From: Tubulanus polymorphus
Taxonomy: Eukaryota; Animalia; Nemertea
Direction of reading: 5' to 3'
DNA length: 64,000 nucleotides
Assembly: GCF_964204645.1 (NCBI RefSeq)
Contig: NC_134032.1
Location: 11,272,275-11,336,274, forward strand
Part shown: positions 27,375 to 40,091 of the stretch, piece after piece
How positions within the stretch are numbered: the first letter of the stretch is position 1
Layout: the number at the start of each line of letters is the position of its first letter
Translations under genes and position numbers: made by a program
The notes under the pieces: generated by a model
Seen by the model: the letters and a program-made list of their open reading frames with translations, nothing else
Database searches by the model: none
What the model was told of the DNA's origin: nothing

Positions 27375-28681
27375 CGTAACAAATCAAATCTGTAAAAATG
27401 GAATTGTTCATTGACTAAAGATAGGCCCGATATGACTCTCCTACTCTTTTTTCCGAGTGAAATTCTGCCCGTAATGGTCCACTGCAACGCAAGTCACCTT
27501 CTCTCAAAAGTAGCGGAGTAGGCATTAGGGCGCATATGGAAAGTAGGGCGCTTGTGTTATTAAATAAAGAATAGTGTAGCACATAACCATATTAGGGCTG
27601 TTCCTTCCCAATAACATTAAAATTTCATGCATATCCTGAAATGGGCAGCCCTGTGCCCCAAACTGCAGCCAGGGTCAGGGAAGTGTACTAAACTTCTGCC
27701 AGTCAGTGCCAGTAGCATTAAAAACCAATTTGTTCATGATTATTTTTATTCTTTTAAATTCAAAAATCTTTTTTCATCATCTTCAGAAATAATTTAATCT
27801 CTAAAACCTAACCCCTTACGTTGCCGTCGTAAACATATGCAATCGTCAAACTGTTAGTTAACAGTATGTATAATAAAATTCAAATTCAATTCAACATTTA
27901 CAGACATTTTCTTCCGATTTTCGGCAGCATTTTTCCTAGTTTTTTGCCACGAGTTACAATTGAAAAATGACATTCAGCGATAGAAAACTTACTAATCTTT
28001 GCACCGAGCACGGCTTAGTGGCTAGAAATGACTCGAATTGGTTGAAATCGGCACGAAAATATTACAAAATCTTCGAACAGAATTTAGCATAATAGCGTAG
28101 CCTCCTGTCGACCCTGAGAACTAGCCACAACCGTTGCGTAGAGGGCAGCACGTACCGGTCTCTTCTAAGTAGCTTTAATGTACGGATTTGGTTTAAAAGA
28201 CGCTACAGGGCCATTTTGTACAATTCCTCTGTCTATATATTTCCATCACAAATTTTCCTGACGGTAAAATCGAGTATTCAGGTTTTCAGCAATAATATGC
28301 ATTGATATACTTACTTAAGCACGCGAGTATTCTAAAGAAGAAGAAGAAGAAGAAGAAGAGTAAATAGTTAGTTCACGATTTTCCCGCATATAGTTAATAT
28401 AGGGGCAGCACATTTAAGTAAAAATATAGGTTATTACTGTGGCATGCGAGACAAAAATATTTTTCCAATATCTTCAACTTTAATTTATTGTAACTTATTC
28501 AATTCTCCAAACTCCAAAAACGAATACTTCAATCTTCCCTGAATAAGGAGTACAGAAGATATACCTTTGTAAAATATTTTCAATCCAGTTTATAAGTTTA
28601 TAGATGGCAGCACCAGCTGAGAGTTAGAGTTAGGCAGCTGTCCACATTTATCAACTGTCCCTGTGTAAATTTCTAGCCCAA

Positions 28682-30413
28682 ATGCAATAGGATTTCGCCA
28701 ATCTTAATCCCAATCATTATTTTCCACCGGTTCTAAGACGTGAATGTGAGTGAAAATGGATATGACCATACCAGAAATAAAATACGAATGTAAGTTTTAG
28801 TTTGACAACGAAGAGAATTGTGCAAAAAATAGGTTTTTTACGTGGAACCGGCTTTCTCCCGTTCTCGATTGTTCGACCTTCACACCGAAAATTAACGATT
28901 GCGTGCAATGCACACTCGCCATAACTGCATGAAAAAATGAAAAATTGTATTTTTGGCATTAAAAAATAATTTGGTAATCGTATTTGCTTATTTTTGAAGT
29001 AGATTTATCTTTTTTTGATATTCATTTTAAAAATTCTCCTTTCAGATCTCGATCACACGGCAGATGTCCAGTAAGTACATTCAACTTGTGACTGATGATA
29101 GACCCACAGCCCACACTGACCCAAATTTTGAAGTTGTGCCAAGCTCCTGGCGATTGAAACTAATGTCCACCTATCAATTCACAAAGTAATAGCTTTATTT
29201 CGTTATTGATCTTTTGTTAAATTCATTTCAGAATTCATTCCTGGGGAGAAAACCTGAAGGAGGCATTTGAACAGGTAAATAATTTAATTACTGTCCATAA
29301 TCTATATAGAATAACTGTTATTCTATAGACACTGGATTAACAGATTATCATTTTTACACTACTACCTACAACTCTGATACGAGCCCCTGTGACTGTTATT
29401 GTTAGCTTGATCATGATTTGATAAAAAGTAATGTACAGGGTTAACGGTAAATAGGTGGTCGGCCGGGTCAACTTCTAAAGTTCTTCGAAAATCTACGCTT
29501 GCATATAATGCATTTTGAATGCGGTTTGTAAGTCAATTGTGTAAGTTTCATGTAAATGTACTGATGCGTGTATTATAGCAAAATAATATTTCAGCAAAAA
29601 ATGACAAACAAGGTATCGATTTTTTTTGGCATAATATCGATATTATTTTCTGGTCATTGTTTTTCAGGCAGCTATGGCGATGTTCTCCTACATGACTGAG
29701 ATCGATTCGGTCACAATTCGAGAGACGCACGAAATCGAAGCGGATGCCGAGGATTTAGAAGGTTTACTGTATCATTTTTTAGACGAATTCCTCTTTTTAT
29801 TCTCGGCTGAACCGTTTCAGATAGCAAGGGTATGCGCGTGTCTCGCTTTTATCGTAATTGTTGAATTTCTAGTTTAAAGGCGCAGAGTCGTAAAAATGAA
29901 ACATTCCATTTCAGAAAGTTGAAATCACGGAATTCGATACCAAAAACTTCAAGATAAAAGCGAAAGGGTAATTAATTCAGAAAATTTCTAGGCAAAATAA
30001 GCGTGTGACTGATTCTGGGTTATCAGGGAATACAATCAACCCCCGATATACCGCCCACCCTACCAACAGGTTTTCTCAATGTACATCGCTATACAAATAC
30101 ATAGTAAAACACCCCGATTACCGGTATAGAGAATAAGGCGGTATATTGAGGGTGTTTTACTATGTATTTGTATTGAGATGAACATTGAGAAAACCTGGCG
30201 GTTGGCGCGTGTGGCGGGGGAGGGCGGTATAACGGGGGATGACTGTATATCATCCGACGAAAGTTTCATAAGAATTTTCTTTGCAGACACGGGGAAGAAT
30301 TCGATATTCAAATACACCCGCAGGGAACCGAGGTAAAAGCGATCACCTACTCGAATATGCAAATTCATCAAAATCCGAACCGCGTCGATATCTTCGTTAT
30401 CATAGATATTTGA
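28682..30413 (+). CDS. ZBTB8OS: Archease (RtcB tRNA-ligase cofactor); exons ~28691-28745, 29046-29070, 29232-29274, 29668-29829, 29915-29967, 30287-30413; start codon unresolved
   Basis: [41 protein letters not shown]...GHGEEFDIQIHPQGTEVKAITYSNMQI...VIIDI* contains the archease signature motifs DHTAD, KAITY and C-terminal DI. Confidence 0.92.
30031..30247. mobile_element. Tc1/mariner-type MITE; related copy at 47279-47542
   Basis: Termini ta-ca(a/g)tc...gactg-ta with TA flanks. Both copies share internal gagaaaacctgg segments. Confidence 0.65.
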
Positions 30414-33400
30414 TATAAGTGTCGTGATAAACTATTGGAAAGTGTTCAGATGACTAGAGACTTGAATTTGGCGAGAAAGGACATCACTGGTGTCAGTGTG
30501 CAAGCTCAGTGCTCTCATAGGAGCTTGTTGCTTTTTACCAGGGGAAATGTTTTACGTAATATTAATTAAAGTTATTGAAATAAACTTTGTTGAAGTACAC
30601 TGTATGCGTAATTTCGTTTTTTATGGTTTGCAAAATTCTGGTGGAACCAGGGGTGGATTTTGGCGGTCCACAACCAACCGCGTTAACTCGTAGAAGTTGT
30701 CCTTTTCGTAGAAAACAGATTTTTAATTAAAACTTACAAATTTGATTCTGATATCTAATTTGAATGAGGAACTTAAAGCGATTTTATTCAGCATTATTAG
30801 AGAATGGCTTCCATCAAAGAGGATTCGAACAAAGGACATTCAAAGGTTTTGAATTCTTGTGCGAGAATTCAAAACTTTTGGTTTTCTCGCGCGAGAATTC
30901 AAAACATTTTGATTTTTGAAAACCAAAATGTTTTGTTTTCTCGCACGAAAAAAACAAACTTTTTGAATTCTAGCGCGAGAAAAACCAAAAACGGGCCAAT
31001 GTGAAAATTTTTTTATCGTTGCATTAGCCGTACAGAAAAGTCGTATAGTATGGCCCGAATCAGCCACCATAAATAACAGGCCTAATACCGCTTTCGGTAT
31101 TGCAACGAAATTGCACATCCCTTTTTACGTTATTTATAGGAGGAACAAACGGTTCGAAAACCTCAAGGAACTCTTAAAGACCCACAAATAAACGGCGAAA
31201 CTAATAATTTTTGAAAATCGGTTGGCTGTTCGTAAAGATAAAAGCCGGGTAAACACTATTCGAACTCATTATGAGACACCGACCAGTTTTTAAATATATT
31301 ATGTTTATCAATGTACTTCTCGCTGTATGCAGACTTTGTCCTCGATATACCATCTGTTTTGGAATCAATGAGGTTTCAGTGCAAAATATTTAGTTTGAAC
31401 GATAAAAATGAAATGAAAAGAGGTAATTTCAAACTTTTTTTTTCAAACATAGAACTTTCATTCGCTTTATTTATGGATTAATATATATGTGATTCGTATC
31501 ATTTGCATTATTGAAAAAAGAAATCACTCTGGGTCCAGTTCCACAGTTCCGAGTTAAGATTTCACTCTGAATTAACTCATTGAAAATGAACTAACTTTAA
31601 CTCAGAGTTAACTCTAACTCACAACTGTGGAACTGGGCCCTGAATATTTGATTGGGCGCGCGCAAGGGGGTTTTAACTCATCTTTATCACTGTTCATATT
31701 TTCAGAGAAGATGCAAACGACAGACGATCGAAACTGAACACATAGACGGGCATTTGCGAAAAACAAAGGCACCTTCTTCACTTAAATTTGAAAGTGAAGA
31801 TATGATACGTGTACAAATTCAAGGTTTTTCAAACCTTGAACTTAGCTGCGTCCATTGAATCGACGGGGATTCGAACTTCCACCAATCTCAATTTTTATCA
31901 TTGTGTAGCAGCTATCTGACAGCTCACAGCAGTAGCTGCTCTACGATGTGGAGAAAAAGCCACCCGTCAACCCGTTGTTAATAAACTTTTTACGAGGGAA
32001 TCTTTGAAAAGTTGCATTCGGAAAAAAGGGGCGGTTCATGCGAAACACCACTACAATGTACAAAAAACGACCAGCTCGCCTATTGATAGTTTAACGGTAA
32101 TTTTCGATTCCATTTTTTTTAGAATTCAGATATTCCTGGCCTTCCATCCGGAGGTTTACGTTAGTCACTAGGAAAGTAGCTCCCCTTTCACGTAATTGTT
32201 CAAAGATTTTCCAATTTCATTTCGAACGTATTCAAAATCCAATGCAATATACTTTGGGCCTCATGTTTTACGATAAACGAAGCAAAATTATTTCTTTCTG
32301 CCACATCCATAACGAGCGTTCTCGTTCCGACGGCATATTTTACCGATTCTAGACGACCAAAAACATTTTCCTTCAGCATTCAGAAAATGCCTTCCATTGC
32401 AGACGATTCAATAAAACGATATAGAATTCATTACACGAACAAATCGAAAATTTCCTTTGATGAAATTATTTAAAGTTGCACCATTTTTATCAATCCTATT
32501 CTCGGTAAACAATTTTTTTCAAAATCAAATGTAGAAATTTCGTGACGCAAAAATATATGCATCAACCGCTTCGGATAAAACATTTTGATTTTACTCTTAA
32601 GAGTTAAGATAGGACACATCTTTTTGCAAAAATGGAACACCAAATTTGCATCAAATTTTGGAACACGTATATAAAATGGAACATGATATTATGAAGAACA
32701 TGTACGTGTTCATAAAATCAGAAACATGTTCTCCTCGTCAACATGTTTCAAGATATATGTGTTCCAAAATTTGATGCAAATGTTATGTACTATCATGGAA
32801 CAGCCTTTTACAGTGTGTAGTACCGCTCTCGGCTGTCCAGCGAAATTGAACACCTCGTTTCTCGTCATCATTGGGGAAGGGGCTAAAAATAGTTCGAAAA
32901 CCTCAAGGAACTCTTTAATGCCTACAAATTAACGCTGAAACTAGATACTTTCAATAATGGCTGTTCGATCGTATAGGTGAAGGCCGAAAAAATATCATTG
33001 GAATTCATTCACAGTTTTCAAATATATTATGATTATCGATGTTCTTCACCGCTGTATGTGTACACTTGTACTCAATATACCATCGGTTTTGAAATAAATT
33101 AATGGAAGTTTCTACGCGAATCGTTTAGTTTGTAGAATCTTCCAATGAAATGAGATTTAATTAAATTTGTAAAAAAAAGTCTGGAACAGAAAAGTAAAAC
33201 GGTACTCGGTGCAGAATGACCTTGTTTTCACCGGTTTGTCTATTTTGCACGTTTGATATATTAGTTACAATAGATATGCACCAATTTCTCATATTTTACC
33301 TACCGTATTGAATGACACTTAGAATCAAAAACTGATTAAAGATTCGCCCAGGGAGATTCGCCAACGAAAAATTCGCCAATTCCCACCATTTTATTATTCA

Positions 33401-33596
33401 AATGTTTGTGGTCACTAGGACTAATGATACAAAAGGTAATTCAAATACTTAACCCAGGTTTGGGTAACGAAATATGAACATCAAATCTACCCCAGTGAGG
33501 GACTGAGAAAGATTGAGGTGTCAAATGAAAGATAGAATTAAAAATCTTTACGATTCCTTCGACAGAAAAATGAGATATAAAACCACCTGCTATTGG

Positions 33597-34345
33597 TTAT
33601 CATTATCCATCGCCAATATCATTATCTCGTTACCATTATCATGATCCCATTATCATTGTTATTATCTCGTTATCGTTATCATTATCGGTATCGGTACCGT
33701 TATCATTATCTCATCACCGTCATCGTTACCGTTATCTTTATCGGTACCATAATCATTATCATTATGTCGTTACCGCCATCTTTATCTTTACCGGTACCGT
33801 TATCATTATCATTATCATTATAGTTATCTCATACCGTTATCGTTATCACAATCATTCTCATTATCATTTCCGTAATCGTTATCATTATCTCATTGCCGTT
33901 ATCGTTAGCGCTATCATTATCGTTACCATTATCATTAACATTATTATTATGATTATTGTTATGATTATCATATTATTCTGTAGTGCCTGTATCCACGGAA
34001 AAGATCGAAGTAACTGTGTATATAACAGATTTTAAACAAACAGATGAGGTTTTAGACGTCGTCTGAAGATCGCTAAACTGTCTGACAACCTGACAGAGAA
34101 GGTGAGCGCATTCATGTGCGTGGAGCAACACTAGAAAAAGAGCGATCTCCAACGACATCAACCTGCTTCTTGGTTGGGACAGGAGAAGTTGTCCGGAGGA
34201 TCGTAATGAACGGCTTGGTGTGCAATGAGACGAGGTCTTATAGGTAGGATGGGGCCAGACTGTGAATGTATTTGTACGTCAAACCTTGAATTGTACGTAT
34301 TCGTTTATCAGCTCGCAGACAGTTGAAGCTTTTCAAAACTGATGA
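33597..34345 (-). mobile_element. 5'-truncated L2/CR1-group LINE remnant with expanded microsatellite tail (33597-33980)
   Basis: The minus strand reads, with lesions, LTYKYIHSLAPSYL...GDRSFSSVAP..NAL..SVRLSDSLAIFRRRLKPHLF, the typical L2 ORF2 C-terminus, followed by a degenerate (TAA/TGA)n tail. The segment is absent from the paralogous site at ~41145. Confidence 0.8.
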
Positions 34346-34643
34346 TGATATATTAGCGGTGTTATTGCCAAACCTGATGAATTTAATTAATATGAATATT
34401 GGCTCTTTTCAATTGCCACTTTTACAACGATGAACAAATACAATTTTGTATATTAACCCTCGATTCGGATGCCTTTTCGTAGCATCACTACAAAGCTTCA
34501 CAGACGTATCCATCATCTGAGCTCGCTAGGACGATACGACCTAAGGTAGGTTTGTGACTATAGAATATTGAGTACGGCGTTAGATGTTTTAGTTTTTAGG
34601 TCAAACACATATCAAGTGAGTTTTATTTTTCATTTCAGTAATC

Positions 34644-34958
34644 ATGAAAGGTTTCACGTTTACCCTGCTGTTTGTGACTATATTTGTGGCGGCGATTGAC
34701 GGTCTATCACCCATTACTCGTTCCACTCGTCCGCCTGCCACGACTGCTGCACCTATAACCGCTGCACCTACCACAGCGACCATGATAAATGATAACCACT
34801 TTTTAACCACTGCCCCACCTGCTTTGAGTGCACCTGCTTTGAGTGCACCTGCTTTGAGTGGTAGTTCTGAAAGCGCAGAATGCAGTTCGAGCAGTTCCGA
34901 GGAGGATTCCGACGACGCACCAAACAGCACGGACAAACCGGTCACTGCTATTCTGTAA
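34644..34958 (+). CDS. Orphan secreted Pro/Thr-rich, Ser/Glu-rich protein (paralog 1, 104 aa)
   Basis: Signal-peptide-like MKGFTFTLLFVTIFVAAIDG, a tttcag|taatcATG acceptor, and an upstream donor at 34546. The same architecture is conserved in the paralog at 42119. Confidence 0.7.
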   Translation: MKGFTFTLLFVTIFVAAIDGLSPITRSTRPPATTAAPITAAPTTATMINDNHFLTTAPPALSAPALSAPALSGSSESAECSSSSSEEDSDDAPNSTDKPVTAIL

Positions 34959-35471
34959 TTAAAATAGAGGTAATTTTAAACGTTTTTTTTTCATTTAGAA
35001 CTTTAATTTGCTTTATGACTTCACCCGTTTAGATACAGTTAATTAATGTCAAATCCAAAATTGAAAAAAAAACACCTTGAATATATAGGCGCGAAAGGGG
35101 GTTTATTCATCTTTTTCATTTTTCACATTTTCAGAGTATTATTGAACAGACGACTAATCGAAACTACATTCAATCTATATAAGGGCAGAATCTAACCTTG
35201 CGGAATATTGTGATTCTAATCCTGGTCAATAAATAATCTCAGCATTAATTGTCCCTGGTGTAATGTACGTTTTTCGTTTTTGAATCTCCCCAGATCTGCG
35301 ACGTTCCAATTTCCACAGCATTCGTGAAAACAAAGGCGACATCTTTACTTGGATTTGATAGTGAGGATATACATGTGCATGTACAAATTCAAGGTTTTTC
35401 AAACCGTTGTACCAAACCTAAACTTAGCTGATCGTTTAAGTGTTTTGTTTTTACACAAAAAATGTCTTACC

Positions 35472-35692
35472 AGCGATTGAAGTTGGTTCCAAAAGAATAG
35501 GTCCGGTATTTGAGATTTAGGTGATTTCTCTGCTTGTCGTATAGTATAAAGAAGTCTCTTGCGCAATATTCTCGAGCTTCGGCGATAGCGTTTTTGAGAG
35601 CAGTTCTAGCACCGTTTGGAAAAGGTGAAGCAGAGAAATCGCCTAAATCTCAAATACCGGACCTTATTCCTATGGAACCAAATTCAATCGCT
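35472..35692. mobile_element. Palindromic MITE; paralogous copy at ~43117-43500 carries a secondary insertion
   Basis: Inverted arms agcgattgaagttggttcc...ggtccggtatttgagatttaggtgatttctctgctt / aagcagagaaatcgcctaaatctcaaataccggacc...ggaaccaaattcaatcgct. Confidence 0.8.
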
Positions 35693-36319
35693 ACTAATCT
35701 TATAGCTGCATCTCCATTGAACCGACGAGGATTCGAACTTCCGCCGATCCACCAGACGAGACCGTTTCATTATGCAGCATATCTTTCAGTCAATTGACGG
35801 GTTTTATTCTGAATAGGCTAGGCGATAAGACCTGAGATCATAACTCACGGGGAAAGATTATGTACGTACATAATGTACATAGGATTAGGCAGCCAGATAT
35901 CAACATTTTGGACACGCTATACTTTCTTCGCATGAAGTTGGTCAAAATACCGAGAGCTTTAGGGTGCAGGGATCAAAAAGAGGTACTTTCCCAGAGGTTT
36001 GTTCATTAATCATGATTTGGCATTGGAAAATGTCTAGATCTAGTTTCGTATTTGTGGGATCGCGCATTTTAAACTTCTGGTGAAAATTTGGCCAGGTTTC
36101 CAGGTCTGTGTGTTTACATTGACTCCGGATCAGTTCCACAGTTGTGTGGGTTTTAATTTGACTGGGTACAGTTCCATAATTTAAATGAAGACTCAGCTAC
36201 AAGGGGTAGACCAACGATTAAGTTATTTCCTCCGATGTAATCTACGGGTAAAAATTCTTAATTCTTTTATTATCCGTGAATCCACAGTTTCGAGTCGTTT
36301 GGGCGACAGTTCTAAAACG

Positions 36320-39259
36320 ATGGTAGACGAGAAAAGGTGTATTTTGGCGGTAGGATTTACGTGTTTAGACATAATCGCTTACTGTCGACAGTTCCCTACA
36401 GAGGACTCACACGAAACAAGGTATATATCCGGCGCCTTAGGGCAGTGCAAGAAAATCCGACAGATTGTTAATTATTCAGAGTGGCATTGATAAAATTTTG
36501 GGTCGGGTCTGGTCGGAGTATAGGCTGGTCGGAGTAAAGTTGTCCGTTAACCGATATCTCCATGGAACTCCGTCGAAACAAACTTCAAGAAAAAACTGAA
36601 GTTACGCTGATGTCTTTGTTTTGTTTTTTATTAGGGCATCGGAAATAAAATGGACGCGGGGTGGAAACGCTTCGAATAGCTGTACAGTCTGGTCGCTGCT
36701 GGAAGAGAATTGCGAGTATTTTGGGACCTTAGCCATTTCACCCCACACCAGGTAGCTCAGTCGATATGAACAGTGTGCACGATGTTGAAGGGGCGAGAAT
36801 TCAAATGTCTCAACACTTTGCTGGGTCCGCGTGTATAAAGCCTTTTTTGGGAAAGCATTTTATAAACATACATATTTCTTAAACTTAGTGCACACAAGAT
36901 AATGCTCAGACCACCGAGTTTTTGGAACAGATTTCTTTAAACATTTTCTAAGATGCTCGGTGTAATATACCCTTTTGTAAATCTGAATTTCGATGGATAT
37001 TCCTCACATGAGAATTAATTGCAGGTTTTTGGAAGATGATTTCGACAAGTACGGAATTTGTATTGAAAACTGCGTTTACCGCGATAACTGCGTCCTGCCT
37101 ACTTCAATGGGTATTATCAATTCTAACAGCGGTACAAGAACGATCATACCCGCCAAACGGTAAATTCAAAATCTCCACAGTTGTGTTTTGTGTTTTAGAC
37201 CGGCCCTACGTCGCCCGTTTAGATCTAAATGGAATGACATAAGATCTACGCAAATTCGCTATTAGGCCGTTGGAACGCTAGCCATTTTCATCAGTTACAT
37301 GGATACTTCAGTATCTCCGGTCAAGCTCAACTCCAATAGCTGTGGATGAGTGAGAGTAACACGTGTTTTATAATAATTTTTACCAAAAAAAACTTCATTT
37401 ACACCGCTTGATTATTTGTTAAGTATCAATCATTTTGCAACAGGACCCTTCCGGAATTGAAATTCGACGATTTCGTCTCCAACATCAAACTGACTTCTGG
37501 CAAATATAAGTGGATTCATTTTGAGGTAACAAATTTAACTTATTTAATCACGCCTTACCTTTCTGCAGGAGACTCGCAGAATGGTTGGGATCTCTTTCGT
37601 AGTGAGCATCCACCCGGTAATACGGACTCTAAAACGAAGAGAGTCCATGGTGTAACTATACTTGTGCAGAGGACACCAAAAGTGACAATATAGGATTCTA
37701 TCTGTGTGATTAGTGAGGATCCATATCAGTGATGCCGGATTTCATATACATATTTATATTCAATACTCTAACAATCGGGTTGATCTTGCGATCAATTCGA
37801 CAAATTGCAAAAAGACATCATGCAATTTATCGATCTGAACCCAATTCGACAGAGTTGAATTTGACTCTAGATTCAAAACATTGAAAATGAAATAACTTTA
37901 ACTCAGAGTTTGCTCTAACTCATAACTGTGGAACCGGGCCCAGAGTTTAAAGGTGATTCGATAGGGGTTTATGCTAGGGCTTAGAATCTATAGATGAATG
38001 TTTATTGAAAATAGACTCGTACATTCTTATGTAAAATGTACTGTCCTTTAGGCATGCCATCAAGTAGGGTAGCTATGGCGTCACCATTTTGACCCAAACG
38101 AATTATTTCATAACATGATTGAAAGCACTAACATTCTGAATAACATATGTAAGCATGTTCATACTTTTGCATCATTCGTGCGTTTGCATCATTCGCAACT
38201 CAGGGTCGTCCGGTCGAGAAAGAGATTGCTAAAATGATACAGTACATCGACGATTATAACGAATCAACGGATGAAGACGACCGGATAATCACGTCTGTTG
38301 AATTAGAGAAATCTAGAGCAGAACTAGGTGAGATAGTAATTGGGAGCACACCTCATGGGTTCGAACCCAGAATTTTGTAACCGTTGAACGCAGACGGTTT
38401 TGTCATCTTTCTATGAAACTGAATCAACATTTTTCTAATGTTTCAATTTTTTGGACTTTGACGTCATAGTGATCATTGGTGTTATATATTTATATTTGTA
38501 GATATTCTAGTGAATGGAGTTGATTATGTACTCGTTAGTAAGGACCACGCTATGTTCAGAGGTTACGCACATCCGGAACAAGTACTGAACGCATTTGTAA
38601 CAAAACTTAAACCTGGGTATGAACGACGAACGTTCTGTTGAAATTCTTCTTTATATCTTTCTTATCTTTTATCATCACAGAAACAATATTCTAACCTACA
38701 CCAATTTCAAATTCGTTATCATTTTTCTCATTCGGCAGCCATAATTCTATGCGAAAACCAACATCCACCAAGATTACTCGCCCACTTAACTCGCACGGAT
38801 GCTCGAAAACAATATGCACTCGTTTGCGGGAGGGTTGAGCTTGTTTGTTTTTTGCTTTACTTCGTTTGGAGCTTGACTAAGAACCTTATTGGATTATTTA
38901 TTCAACCTCGCGACGTTACCACACGACCTTAGAAGTATTACCCGCACACATGAGAACGTAATTTTTTTTGCCCAAAATGATTTTTGTCGCGGTTCTTTTC
39001 TAGGGCCGCCGTTATTCGCCCGTGGGGTGATCGTGGAGCTTACTACCGCCGGTCAGACGGTTTAAACAGCCACGAAGCCGCCTTCGTCCCGCCGGTGATC
39101 GTTGATACGCTCGGAGCTGGAGACACGTTCATAGCCGCGACGATCTGGAGCCTGAGCCGTCGAGATTCCCTGAAAACTGCCGTTAAATTCGGATGCCGCG
39201 TGGCCGGGTTGAAATGCGGTGTGCAAGGATTCGAACGCTTGAAGAAACTGATTCTATAA
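36320..39259 (+). CDS. KHK: Ketohexokinase (PfkB family); exons 36320-36420, 36635-36751, 37025-37159, 37444-37525, 38204-38327, 38502-38616, 39004-39259
   Basis: [19 protein letters not shown]...[13 protein letters not shown]...NSGTRTI...YKWIHFEGR...SVELEK...VSKDHA...[13 protein letters not shown]...[15 protein letters not shown] are KHK motifs, including the catalytic GAGD. Junctions are phase-consistent. Confidence 0.94.
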
Positions 39260-39943
39260 TATTTTCGAAATAGGCTGTTTAATTCATTTGTTTAAAATTG
39301 CTCTTCCAATAAAGTATATAATACCTGTTGGATGAGATATTTCATAATGTAATGAGAGCGTTTTTTTTTTATTAGAAAGGCGTTCGAGGTTCGAAGCTAG
39401 TTCCATTGATCGGTCATCCTCGCCCGTCAAAGGATTCGAACTCACTAAGCTTAAGCCGAGATAAGCGAGTTCGGAGAGCTATACTGGACCATTTGGCAAA
39501 CGAGGATGTTGATCGGTATGAGTAGCTTGAATACATGATTTAAGAAGGAGTATCCACAGAAAAGATATTCTCGTTCTTTTGCAGTTAATCCCGAATCCAC
39601 AGGGAACGGGCAATTTAGAAGGATAAACCAGGACTGGAATGCCTGAGAATATACTGAGAATAATTAAGAGCGGATATTACCAGAAAATTAATTTACATAT
39701 GCAAATGAATTCGCGCCAAGCGATACACGATGGCGCCACCAGCTGGTCGTTGTTACCGCATCTATAAGGGCATTTGTTTTTATCATTTGGGTCATTATCA
39801 TCATCTTACTTGACCATCCAAGGTTAAATGGAATTTGATAGTTTATCTTTAATCCATTGAGTAGTGATAATTTTCTATCGTCACAAACAGAATCGTATAC
39901 TGACGAGGTTCAACTGTAATCATTTGAGCAGCGCCGTTCCGTC

Positions 39944-40091
39944 AGAATTTTCTTTGCAGACATTGGGGAAGAATTCGATATTCAAATACACCCGCAGGGA
40001 ACCGGGCTAAAAGCGATCAACTATACTCAAATATGCAAATTCATAAAAAAATCCGAACCGCGTCGATATCTTCGTGATCATAGATATTTGA
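39944..40091 (+). pseudogene. Duplicated, frameshifted copy of the archease terminal exon
   Basis: Near-copy of 30271-30413 including the acceptor, with a +1 insertion (acattgggg) and a +2 insertion (atcaactatactc). No upstream archease exons are nearby. Confidence 0.88.

Noticed and set aside
36752-37443. Vertebrate-style mutually exclusive KHK exon 3A/3C pair
   Set aside because: Only one exon-3 equivalent (37025-37159) is visible.
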